IMG/VR virus record: IMGVR_UViG_3300021371_000021
Span: 1 to 54,869 of that record
Strand: one strand, 5' to 3'
From: a virus
Taxonomy: Duplodnaviria > Caudoviricetes
Length of the DNA stretch: 54,869 nt
Part shown: positions 43,137-52,178 of the stretch, one piece after another
Layout of the letters: each line of letters starts with the position of its first letter
How positions within the stretch are numbered: the stretch's first letter is position 1
Notes under the pieces: model-generated
What the model saw: only the letters and a program-made list of their open reading frames with translations
The model's database searches: none
What the model was told of the DNA's origin: nothing
Translations under genes and position numbers: made by a program

Positions 43137-43401
43137 AACTGCCAAAGGCGCAGCCTTAAAGCGTTGGTTCAAGGAAGACTGGAAGGACGTAAAGACAGGT
43201 AAAGCCTGTGGGCGCAAGAAAGGAGACAAACGGGGAACGCCGTACTGTAGACCCACAAAAAGGGTTTCTAGTAAAACACCTAAGACATCTGGTGAAATGA
43301 CAGCGGCACAAAAGAAGTCTCGTATAGCGCAGAAGAAACGACTAGGCCAACCAGCAGGTAAACCTAGACGAGTCACTCCGCTGAAAAGGAAAAAGAAATA
43401 A
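43123..43401 (+). CDS. small basic protein, DUF5872-like
   Basis: LKRWFKEDW...CGR...PYCRP; GTG start at 43123 inferred. Confidence 0.65.
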   Translation: MAVRKTAKGAALKRWFKEDWKDVKTGKACGRKKGDKRGTPYCRPTKRVSSKTPKTSGEMTAAQKKSRIAQKKRLGQPAGKPRRVTPLKRKKK

Positions 43402-44105
43402 TGGCTGTATCTGGCACTACTACATTTAACATGGAGTTCACAGAGATCGCTGAAGAGGCGTTTGAACGTGCCGGTAGGGAGCTACACTCTGGCTACGATC
43501 TACGCACAGCGCGTCGCTCTATGAATCTACTGACTATTGAGTGGGCTAATCGTGGCGTTAATATGTGGACGATTGAGGAGGGGTTTGTAAACCTTGTTCA
43601 AGGCACAGCGACTTATGACCTACCCGCCAATACTATTGATTTGATAGAGCAGTTTATCCGCACCAGTGAGGGTAATGCAGTTACTCAGACTGACTTAAAC
43701 CTTTCGCGTATCAGTGTAGATACTTACTCCTCTGTTCCTAATAAGTTAACTCAGGGTCGCCCCATACAAGCATGGGTTGATCGTAAGACAGACAATCCGC
43801 AGATTACCGTATGGCCTGTACCAAACCAAGGTACGGCGCTCGAACCTTTTTATGTGCTTAGATACTACCGTCTTAAACGTATTGATGATGCAGGGACGGG
43901 CGTTAACACAGCCGATATGCCCTTTCGTTTCTTCCCTGCGCTTGTAGCAGGTCTAGCATACTACTTGGCTACTAAGATACCGGAGGGCATGGCACGGCTG
44001 GAAATGCTCAAAGCACAGTATGATGAACAGTATACGTTAGCTGCGGGAGAGGATAGAGAAAAGGCTTCTGAAATGCTTATACCTCGCTTGTATGGACCTA
44101 GGTAA
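43401..44105 (+). CDS. putative head-tail adaptor
   Basis: TARRSMNLL..EWANRG, QGRP, VWPVP and GLAYYLA motifs. Confidence 0.65.
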   Translation: MAVSGTTTFNMEFTEIAEEAFERAGRELHSGYDLRTARRSMNLLTIEWANRGVNMWTIEEGFVNLVQGTATYDLPANTIDLIEQFIRTSEGNAVTQTDLNLSRISVDTYSSVPNKLTQGRPIQAWVDRKTDNPQITVWPVPNQGTALEPFYVLRYYRLKRIDDAGTGVNTADMPFRFFPALVAGLAYYLATKIPEGMARLEMLKAQYDEQYTLAAGEDREKASEMLIPRLYGPR

Positions 44106-44107
44106 CT

Positions 44108-44419
44108 ATGAGCCAGAAATTTGCATCAGGCCAAAATGCGTTAGCAGAGTGCGACGTATGTGGGTTTCAGTATAGGCTAAGGCAGTTAAAACCTCTGGTT
44201 ATTAAGGCAGTGGTTACAGGAATTAAGGCTTGTCCAGAGTGTTGGAACCCTGACCAGCCGCAGTTAAGTTTAGGGACATTTGTAATAAATGACCCACAGG
44301 CAATACGAGACCCAAGACCAGACTTTACAGGTTACCCTGCAAGTCGAGCGAGATTACAGCCGGTAGACCCACTCTTTGCGTTTGGGAAAATAGGGTTAGT
44401 AACAATAGTTATAACATAG
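44108..44419 (+). CDS. CxxC...CxxC zinc-binding protein
   Basis: CDVCGF...CPECW...DPQAIRDPRPD. Confidence 0.75.
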   Translation: MSQKFASGQNALAECDVCGFQYRLRQLKPLVIKAVVTGIKACPECWNPDQPQLSLGTFVINDPQAIRDPRPDFTGYPASRARLQPVDPLFAFGKIGLVTIVIT

Positions 44420-44431
44420 AGGTATAACACA

Positions 44432-44608
44432 ATGGCTAAAGAAAAAGGAATGAAGATACACAAGATGAGTGGGGTTAAAGAGTATGATCCCGGCACTACT
44501 GTTAACTCGCCAGAGCAATCCTCTGGTACTGTTAAGACAAGCGGTATAAAGATACGTGGTACAGGTGCAGCAACCAAAGGTACTATGGCTCGTGGGCCAA
44601 TGGCGTAG
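44432..44608 (+). CDS. 58-aa basic protein (listed only as its antisense ORF)
   Basis: SD gaggt; ends KIRGTGAATKGTMARGPMA. Confidence 0.7.
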   Translation: MAKEKGMKIHKMSGVKEYDPGTTVNSPEQSSGTVKTSGIKIRGTGAATKGTMARGPMA

Positions 44609-44618
44609 GGAGTTTTAG

Positions 44619-45251
44619 GTGAATTACACCGAGCTTAAAGCAAACATACAGGATGTATGCGAACAGACGTTTACGGACGACCAGTTGGCTATGTTTACTG
44701 AGCAAGCAGAGCAACTTATTTTTTCTACTGTTGACCTTCCTGCGTTACGTGCGAACCAGACGGGTAATATAACCGGCGGTAATCAGTATCTCACGATGCC
44801 TACAGGCATGTTGTATGTGTATTCTTTAGCGGTTATTGATCCTACTAGTGCGGAGTATCACTATTTAATTAACAAAGACCCTAGCTTTATACGAGAAGCT
44901 TACCCTGTTGCAGCTACACAAGGGCGACCACAGCACTATGGTATCTTTAGTCAGACTAGTTTTATCGTAGGGCCAACGCCTAATGTTACGTATGTTGCCG
45001 AGTTGCATTATGGTAAATACCCTACCAGCATTGTTACTGCTGGAACTACGTGGTTAGGCGATCAGTTTGATTCTGCGCTATTAAATGGGGCTTTAGTTCA
45101 AGCAATACGATTTCAGAAGGGTGAAGCTGATATGGTAGCGTTGTATGAAAAAATGTATATCGACGCTTTGACGTTGTTGAAAAACTTAGGTGATGGCAAA
45201 TTAGAAACCGACGCTTATCGTAACGGCGTTGTTCGCGTACCAGTAAGATAG
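44619..45251 (+). CDS. putative tail tubular protein A / adaptor
   Basis: MNYTELK...GRPQHY...VGPTP...TWL...LLNGAL. Confidence 0.65.
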   Translation: MNYTELKANIQDVCEQTFTDDQLAMFTEQAEQLIFSTVDLPALRANQTGNITGGNQYLTMPTGMLYVYSLAVIDPTSAEYHYLINKDPSFIREAYPVAATQGRPQHYGIFSQTSFIVGPTPNVTYVAELHYGKYPTSIVTAGTTWLGDQFDSALLNGALVQAIRFQKGEADMVALYEKMYIDALTLLKNLGDGKLETDAYRNGVVRVPVR

Positions 45252-45259
45252 GATAACTT

Positions 45260-45547
45260 ATGTTAAGTGCAGTAGGTGGAGTAGAAGTAGGAATAGCAAC
45301 AACTTCAGCAGTTTCAGGGCGCGGATTTACCCCCGAAGAGCTGGCTGAACATGCGATAAACGAGGTTATCTCCATCGGGAATAACTCACACCCTGTAATA
45401 CAGGCGCAAGCAGAAGCATTTAGAGATGACATCAGAGCCGTAATGGTTAATTATTTACGTCAAGCGGTGGCTTCTCACAACACCACATTAATCAACCGTT
45501 TTCGGGATGCGGGGCATCCAGAATTAGTGAAACTACTAGAGGTCTAA
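45260..45547 (+). CDS. conserved hypothetical protein
   Basis: RGFTPEELA...HPVIQAQAEAF. Confidence 0.7.
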   Translation: MLSAVGGVEVGIATTSAVSGRGFTPEELAEHAINEVISIGNNSHPVIQAQAEAFRDDIRAVMVNYLRQAVASHNTTLINRFRDAGHPELVKLLEV

Positions 45548-45548
45548 C

Positions 45549-46001
45549 ATGGCAATTACAATCACAACTGCAATGCCCACATCGTTCAAAGTTGAGTTGT
45601 TGAAGGGTTTACATAACTTCTCTGCGGCAAGTAACCGTTTTAAAATGGCGCTTTTCAAAGCTACTGCTTCAGGCAGTGGTACATTTGGTGCGGCGACTAC
45701 TAACTATTCTCAGATGGGTGCTGACGAGTTACCTACTGCGACAGGATACACACAACTCGGTAAGCTCCTTACCTCTGTGACTCCTACAGCGGACGGTACA
45801 ACAGCAATTACTAATTTTAGTTCTGTAACGTGGACTTCTTCTAGCTTTACGACATCAGGTGCTTTGATTTATGACACAGGCGATTCTAATTCTGCTTGTG
45901 CGGTACTTAGCTTTGGTGGTGACCAGACAGTAAGCTCCGGTGATTTTCAGATACAATTCCCGTCAGCAGCGGCAGCTACGGCTATTATCCGTATTGCCTA
46001 A
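45549..46001 (+). CDS. putative tail structural protein
   Basis: SFKVELLKG.H...GALIY...VLSFGGD...F.IQFP. Confidence 0.65.
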   Translation: MAITITTAMPTSFKVELLKGLHNFSAASNRFKMALFKATASGSGTFGAATTNYSQMGADELPTATGYTQLGKLLTSVTPTADGTTAITNFSSVTWTSSSFTTSGALIYDTGDSNSACAVLSFGGDQTVSSGDFQIQFPSAAAATAIIRIA

Positions 46002-46014
46002 GTAGGGAAGTGCC

Positions 46015-46803
46015 ATGAGCGGATGGGGTCAACGTCCTTGGGGGTTTAACGGATGGGGTGGAGAAGCTTCTAAAGTTTTACACCTAGGCGCAACATGGGG
46101 CGCTCGTGGATGGGGCGACGAAGGCTGGGGTGCTAATGGCATTGCAGTAGTAGGAACTGGGCAAGTCGGTTCTGTTACCCCTGCTTACGGACGTGTAGTT
46201 GTTGCTACCGGCGTTGCGGCTACAGGCGCGATAGGTACAGTAACTTTAGATTATACAGGGCTTGTTACCCTTACAGGGGTAGGAGCTACAGGCGCAATAG
46301 GCACAGTTAGCACTGTTGCAGCCTTTGATTTAACAGGAGTATCGGGTACAGGTTTAATAGGGGACTTCACGGTAGGGGTAAATGAGTTTAATATCCCAAC
46401 AGGAGTCAGTGCTACAGGAGCAATAGGAACAGTTTCATTTAGTATAGGTAGCGTGTTTACCGTACCAAGTGGAGTAGCGGGGGCAGGGGCAGTAGGAACT
46501 GTAACCCCAACATACAACTGGAATTATACTGTTACCGGAGTAGTTGGAACAGGTACAGTAGGAACGATTACATCAACAGTAGTTTTAAATGTGGGCGGAG
46601 TTCCCGCCGCACAAGGTGTAGTAGGAAACGTAACAAACACAAGAAGTTCTAATGTTATTCCTATTGGGGTTGTTGGGACAGGTGCAGTAGGAACAGTAAC
46701 GAGATCAGGCTGGACTGCAATAAATACTTCACAAACACCGAACTGGGTTGGAGTAGACAGTTCACAAACCCCTAACTGGGTAGACATAGACACAGCAGCA
46801 TAG
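46015..46803 (+). CDS. putative fibre protein with WG and TGVxATGxxGTV repeats
   Basis: Repetitive Gly/Val/Thr sequence; terminal SQTPNWV repeats. Confidence 0.65.
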   Translation: MSGWGQRPWGFNGWGGEASKVLHLGATWGARGWGDEGWGANGIAVVGTGQVGSVTPAYGRVVVATGVAATGAIGTVTLDYTGLVTLTGVGATGAIGTVSTVAAFDLTGVSGTGLIGDFTVGVNEFNIPTGVSATGAIGTVSFSIGSVFTVPSGVAGAGAVGTVTPTYNWNYTVTGVVGTGTVGTITSTVVLNVGGVPAAQGVVGNVTNTRSSNVIPIGVVGTGAVGTVTRSGWTAINTSQTPNWVGVDSSQTPNWVDIDTAA

Positions 46804-46812
46804 GACTAAATT

Positions 46813-47823
46813 ATGGCAACTTATGTAAACAATCTACGATTAAAAGAAATTACCACGGGTGATGAGGACGGTACTTGGGGGACTAGTACTAACACTAACC
46901 TTGAACTAATTACTGATGGTTTTAGCTACGGTACAAAACAACTGTCTAGCGATGCTAATCAAACCTTTACCATGCCTGACGGTACTGCGGACGCTACTCG
47001 TGGCTTTTATCTAAAGCTTACTTCAGCAGGTTCGCTTACAGCTACACGAACGGTAACACTTGGGCCAAACACCGTATCTAAAGTGTGGCTGATTGAGAAT
47101 TCTACGACCGGCGGTCAGATCATCACAATCAAACAGGGGTCGGGCGCTACCATTAATATAGCCAACGGCTCTAAAACTATGGTTATTACGGATGGTGCAG
47201 GAGCAGGTGCTGCGGTATTTAACGCTAACCCTTCAGAAGCTGGGGCAGGTACGGTTACTTCGGTCGCAGGTACAGGCACAGTCAACGGGGTTACTCTTAG
47301 CGGCACAGTTACTTCATCAGGTAATTTAACGCTGGGTGGTACGTTATCCGGGGTCGATCTTTCCTCACAGATTACAGGCACATTACCTGTCGCTAATGGC
47401 GGTACAGGCGCAACCAGTATGGCTGCTAACAATGTGATCTTGGGCAATGGCACATCAGCCGTACAGGTTGTTGCACCGGGAACATCAGGTAACGTCCTAA
47501 AGTCTAACGGAAGCACATGGACATCAGCAGCAGAAGCCGCAGGTTATCCAGCTCCAACACTACAAGGTACAAGCGTTACGGCTACCTCAGCTTCGTTCTT
47601 AGTTGCTACAGCAGGGTCGATAACAATTACTTTGCCAGCTAGTCCATCAGCAGGAGATTATGTAGTCATTAAGGACGGCACAGGTGCAGCAGCGACAACT
47701 AACTTCACGGTTGCTCGTAACGGCTCTAACATAGCCAGTTCAGCTACTGACCTTACTTTCGATAAGAATTTTGCCGAAATCGTGATGACCTACATCAATG
47801 GGACGATTGGCTGGAGTGTGTAA
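46813..47823 (+). CDS. putative tail fibre protein
   Basis: TWGTSTNTNL N-terminus, GTLPVANGGTG, and ITLPASPSAGD...TVARNG C-terminal domain. Confidence 0.75.
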   Translation: MATYVNNLRLKEITTGDEDGTWGTSTNTNLELITDGFSYGTKQLSSDANQTFTMPDGTADATRGFYLKLTSAGSLTATRTVTLGPNTVSKVWLIENSTTGGQIITIKQGSGATINIANGSKTMVITDGAGAGAAVFNANPSEAGAGTVTSVAGTGTVNGVTLSGTVTSSGNLTLGGTLSGVDLSSQITGTLPVANGGTGATSMAANNVILGNGTSAVQVVAPGTSGNVLKSNGSTWTSAAEAAGYPAPTLQGTSVTATSASFLVATAGSITITLPASPSAGDYVVIKDGTGAAATTNFTVARNGSNIASSATDLTFDKNFAEIVMTYINGTIGWSV

Positions 47824-50349
47824 ATGTCTACTCTTTCAGAGCTTTTTCCATCTGGGGGAACCCAGAATAATATAGAGTTTGTCGCTCAAGGGACGTTGGC
47901 TAATGGTCAGACTGTCGCTCTACGCAGTGATGGTAAGGTTGAGGCTGTTGCGGGTCAGTCAGGTAGTGTTGGAACCAAGGTGGTATTTGAGGCGGCAGTT
48001 TCGCAAGAGATTGGTGGAACTTATGACTCTGCTAACAACAAAGTTGTTCTAATCTATCGAGATGATGGCAATAGTTATTACGGCACTGCTATTGTTGGAA
48101 CCGTTTCAGGCACTGCAATAACTTTTGGTTCAGCGGTTGTGTTTAATTCGGGAACTGCTTTTCAGATGGACATAACCTTTGACTCTAACGTCAATAAGGT
48201 AGTTATAGGGTTTCGAGACGGTGGTAACGGAAATGCGGGAACAGGCATCGTCGGCACTGTATCTGGAACAAGTATATCTTTTGGCTCTAAATATGTGTTT
48301 ATAAGCTCTTGCCAATATGTAGCGGCTACTTTTGATTCCAATTCTAATAAAGTTGTTTTTGGGTACAGACATCATACAACTGATTACGCAATGGCGATAG
48401 TCGCGACGGTGTCAGGAACAGCTATATCGTATGGCTCAGAAGCCACTGCTCATTCGGTTAGTTCAGCTTTTAACGGTGCAACTTTTGATTCCAACAGTAA
48501 CAAAGTAGTACTGACTTGCCGTCAAGCTACTGACGGGGCTGGAGTAGCTGTTGTCGGAACGGTTTCTGGTACATCTATTTCTTTTGGGACAGCCGTTACT
48601 TATGTTGCTTCTCTTCAAAGCTCTGCTACATATCGCCCAACCTTTGATTCCAATTCTAATAAAGTTGTAATTGGTTACTCTGATTCAGGTAACTCTAATT
48701 ATGGTACTGCGATAGTTGGAACAGTAAGTGGAACTAGTATTAGTTTTGGCACACCTGTTGTTTTTGATGGCGCGGGTAATGCTTTATATATAGCAACCGT
48801 GTTTGATTCAGTGTCAAACAAAATAGTTATATCCTATAGAGATGACAGCGTTTCAAACTCTGGTACAGTAATCACAGGTACAGTGAGCGGTACGTCAATT
48901 AGTTTTAGTGGACAACAAGTATACAACTCATCAAGCACTGCTATAGCCGCAGTCTTTGATGTAAACGCTAATGCCACTGTTTCTGCATACTACGACGGAA
49001 CAAACTCAAACTACGGCACAGCCTCTGTCACCAAAACTGCTTTTACCAACGCCTCCTCTTTTATCGGTATAACCAACGCTGCTATATCTTCGGGAGCCAC
49101 GGGCGAAGTCGCTGTTAAAGGTGGGCTTTCTACTACGGCGGAGGTGCAAGACTCGCCACCCACTTTAGGGGCACAATCGACTATAACAACTAACGGTTAT
49201 TACATAAATAGTGCATACGATTCCACGACTAAAAACACTGTCTTTTCATATTATGACGCTAGTAATAGCGGATATGGCACAGCTAGAGTTGCGTCCATAT
49301 CTGGCACTACTATTACTTATGGAACGCCTGTGGTTTACGATAGTGCAGGTAATGCTACTTGGGGAGTCGTTGCGTATGACTCTAATACCAATAGAATAGT
49401 TATTGCTTACCGAGGCGCACCTAGCTATTACCCCTATGCTGTAGTTGGTACAGTTAGTGGCACATCAATAAGCTTTGGCACTCCTGTAGCCATAGAAAAT
49501 ATTGCGGGTACTGGCATGGCAATAAGCTTTGATTCTTCTGCTAACAAAGTTGTCATCGCTTATAGAGATAACGGCGGTGGAGGTAAGGTTGTGGTTGGTA
49601 CGCCTAGCGGAACATCCATTAGTTTTGGTTCTATTGTGCAATTTGCTTCTAATGTAAATAACGCTACCCTTGGTTTGGCATACGATTCGACGAACAATAA
49701 AACGGTTTTGGTTTATGCAGATGCCAGTGCTATTGGTAAGCCAACAGCCCGTGTAGGTACAATTAGCGGAACATCCATTAGTTTTGGTAGTGCTGTAGTT
49801 ATTAGTTCAGATAATGTTGCACATATGTCTCTTACTTTTGATCCGAGTTCTGGCAAAGTTGTCGTATCTTATAATGTCTCTAGTCGATCTTATGTAGGAA
49901 CAGTTAGTGGTACATCAATAAGCTTTGGCTCTGTCGTAACGTACAATGCAGGAGTTTCGGCAGACGTTAACTATTTAACGGTCGATACGGTTACTAATAA
50001 TGTCGTTCTTTTTTTTGAAGACAGTGCAACCAATGGCGCATATGTTTACGGAACTATATCGGGAACTTCTATAGCGTGGTCAACACCTGCGGATGTAAAT
50101 TCGGTTAGGATTTCTTACGGAGGAATTTCTTTTAACGTTGACAGCAAGCTTACTATAATGGGTTATCGACAAGATTCTCCTCTAGGCGGGTTTGTTACTC
50201 CTCTATCTTTAAGCACTATTTCAGAACCTTTCACCATAGGCTCCAATTACTTCGTCCAAGATGACGGAACCCTAGGTACGACCTCTTCTTCAAATAAAGC
50301 TGGCAAAGCCATCTCAACCACAGCCCTAAACTTGGTGGACCCAACATGA
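47824..50349 (+). CDS. tail spike/fibre paralog A with two beta-repeat (propeller-like) arrays
   Basis: Repeated FDSNSNKVVI...GTVSGTSISFG units of about 50 aa. Confidence 0.7.
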   Translation: MSTLSELFPSGGTQNNIEFVAQGTLANGQTVALRSDGKVEAVAGQSGSVGTKVVFEAAVSQEIGGTYDSANNKVVLIYRDDGNSYYGTAIVGTVSGTAITFGSAVVFNSGTAFQMDITFDSNVNKVVIGFRDGGNGNAGTGIVGTVSGTSISFGSKYVFISSCQYVAATFDSNSNKVVFGYRHHTTDYAMAIVATVSGTAISYGSEATAHSVSSAFNGATFDSNSNKVVLTCRQATDGAGVAVVGTVSGTSISFGTAVTYVASLQSSATYRPTFDSNSNKVVIGYSDSGNSNYGTAIVGTVSGTSISFGTPVVFDGAGNALYIATVFDSVSNKIVISYRDDSVSNSGTVITGTVSGTSISFSGQQVYNSSSTAIAAVFDVNANATVSAYYDGTNSNYGTASVTKTAFTNASSFIGITNAAISSGATGEVAVKGGLSTTAEVQDSPPTLGAQSTITTNGYYINSAYDSTTKNTVFSYYDASNSGYGTARVASISGTTITYGTPVVYDSAGNATWGVVAYDSNTNRIVIAYRGAPSYYPYAVVGTVSGTSISFGTPVAIENIAGTGMAISFDSSANKVVIAYRDNGGGGKVVVGTPSGTSISFGSIVQFASNVNNATLGLAYDSTNNKTVLVYADASAIGKPTARVGTISGTSISFGSAVVISSDNVAHMSLTFDPSSGKVVVSYNVSSRSYVGTVSGTSISFGSVVTYNAGVSADVNYLTVDTVTNNVVLFFEDSATNGAYVYGTISGTSIAWSTPADVNSVRISYGGISFNVDSKLTIMGYRQDSPLGGFVTPLSLSTISEPFTIGSNYFVQDDGTLGTTSSSNKAGKAISTTALNLVDPT

Positions 50350-52178
50350 GTAATTTAAGCGATTTATTACCCAGCGGTGCTGGAGGCAAGTCTTTTAATT
50401 TTGTAGCGAGTGGGACGTTAGCTAACGGTCAGACGGTAGGTCTAAGGTCGGATGGTAAGGTTGAGGCTATTACGGGGACATCGACAGATATAGGCACAAA
50501 ATCTGCTGCAATTTTTTCAAGCACGAGTTATTACGGCACTTCTGCTTATGATATTAACAGCGATAGGTACGTCATAGTATTTATAAATTCTAGTGGTTAT
50601 CCCACTGCTGTGGTTGCACAACTTACAGGAACAACGTTTACCTTTGGAACGCCTGTCGTTTGGCAAAGTGCCGGTGCGTCCTATATGAATGCAATTTATC
50701 ACCCCGATGAAAACAAAGTGGTTGTTTTTTACATGACTCAATTAGGCGGTGCAGATTTCTCAGGTACAGGGATTGTCGGTAATGTCACAGCAGGGAGCAA
50801 CTCAATTGCATTTGGCACTGCTGTTTCTTGGATGACAAAATCAAATAACGCTTGGTCAATGGCATACGACACAACCGCCGATAGAATTGTTGGTCACTAT
50901 TATGACAATGGAAATAATAACTATCTGTATGGCGTAGTCGCAGCAGTTTCAGGAACAACAATTACGTTTGGCACACCCGTTGTTGTCCGATCAGTAGCTT
51001 ATCACTCTTATGGTGGTACTGTTTATGATGCCTATCGAAACAAAACAATATATGTGTATGCTCAAGATACTGATAGTCAAGCTTACGCTGGAATTGGTAC
51101 GGTCAATGCGGGTTCTAACAGCATTTCTTATACAACAGCGCAAGCAGTAGGTAATCAACAGCAGAGAACTCAATTAACTTACGATCCAGTTTCTTATAAA
51201 ACTGTAGACTTATATGTAGTCGTTGGTGCTTTAGCAACAACAAAGTATAGGGTCATTACAAACAGCGGGACTTCTTTAACTTTTGGTGCAGAGACAGCAG
51301 CTTTTTCTGAAAGTGCTAATATTATTTTATATAGGCAAGTGTATGACGTAACCAATGCTCACATTGTACAACCGTATGTTGATAACTCAGACACTACGCC
51401 CGGTAATTTTGGAATTGTTTATCGAACAGGAACTATTTCTGGAGACACTGTTACTTATTCTGATAAAACTGATTTAGGTATTGCTAGTGATTTTTATGGT
51501 GGGGCAGATGGCTTGTCTTGCGATCAATCCAACGCAAAATTTGTTCAACCATTTAGAGACGCTACTGACAGTAATTACCCTAAAGCTGTTGCTTTTACAG
51601 CAGGTGCAACCAACGTCTCTTCCTTCGTTGGCATCACCGAAGCCGCTATAGCTAACACAGCCACAGGTACAGTCACCTTGCAGGGTGGTATAAACACTAC
51701 GGCTATTACTAATACGGCAACTACAACCTTTGCTATTACGGTGGCTAATCCCGGCTCTGGAAACAAGTACTACATAGATGGTGCGTTACAAGCGACAGTC
51801 AGCTTGAGCGAAGGCAGAACGTATAAGTTTGACCAATCCGACGGGACTAACGGAGGACATCCGTTACGTTTCTCCACAACTTCTGACGGTACGCATGGTG
51901 GTGGTTCGGAATACACAACAGGCGTTACAGTAGTGGGAGTGCCCGGAAACGCAGGAGCTTACACACAGATAGTCGTGGCGATAGGCGCACCAACCCTGTA
52001 CTACTATTGCACTGCCCATAGCGGCATGGGTGGCACGGCTAACACGCCAGACGATGCTCGTTTTACGGTAGGCTCTACCTACTACGTTCAGGATGACGGC
52101 ACACTGGGTACTGGCTCAACTTCTATCGTCGCTGGTGAAGCCCTCTCAGCCACAAGCATTAATCTGGTGAATACATGA
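50346..52178 (+). CDS. tail spike/fibre paralog B with one repeat array and a cupredoxin-like domain
   Basis: Termini shared with paralogs A and C; GHP...YYYCTAHSGMG. Confidence 0.7.
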   Translation: MSNLSDLLPSGAGGKSFNFVASGTLANGQTVGLRSDGKVEAITGTSTDIGTKSAAIFSSTSYYGTSAYDINSDRYVIVFINSSGYPTAVVAQLTGTTFTFGTPVVWQSAGASYMNAIYHPDENKVVVFYMTQLGGADFSGTGIVGNVTAGSNSIAFGTAVSWMTKSNNAWSMAYDTTADRIVGHYYDNGNNNYLYGVVAAVSGTTITFGTPVVVRSVAYHSYGGTVYDAYRNKTIYVYAQDTDSQAYAGIGTVNAGSNSISYTTAQAVGNQQQRTQLTYDPVSYKTVDLYVVVGALATTKYRVITNSGTSLTFGAETAAFSESANIILYRQVYDVTNAHIVQPYVDNSDTTPGNFGIVYRTGTISGDTVTYSDKTDLGIASDFYGGADGLSCDQSNAKFVQPFRDATDSNYPKAVAFTAGATNVSSFVGITEAAIANTATGTVTLQGGINTTAITNTATTTFAITVANPGSGNKYYIDGALQATVSLSEGRTYKFDQSDGTNGGHPLRFSTTSDGTHGGGSEYTTGVTVVGVPGNAGAYTQIVVAIGAPTLYYYCTAHSGMGGTANTPDDARFTVGSTYYVQDDGTLGTGSTSIVAGEALSATSINLVNT

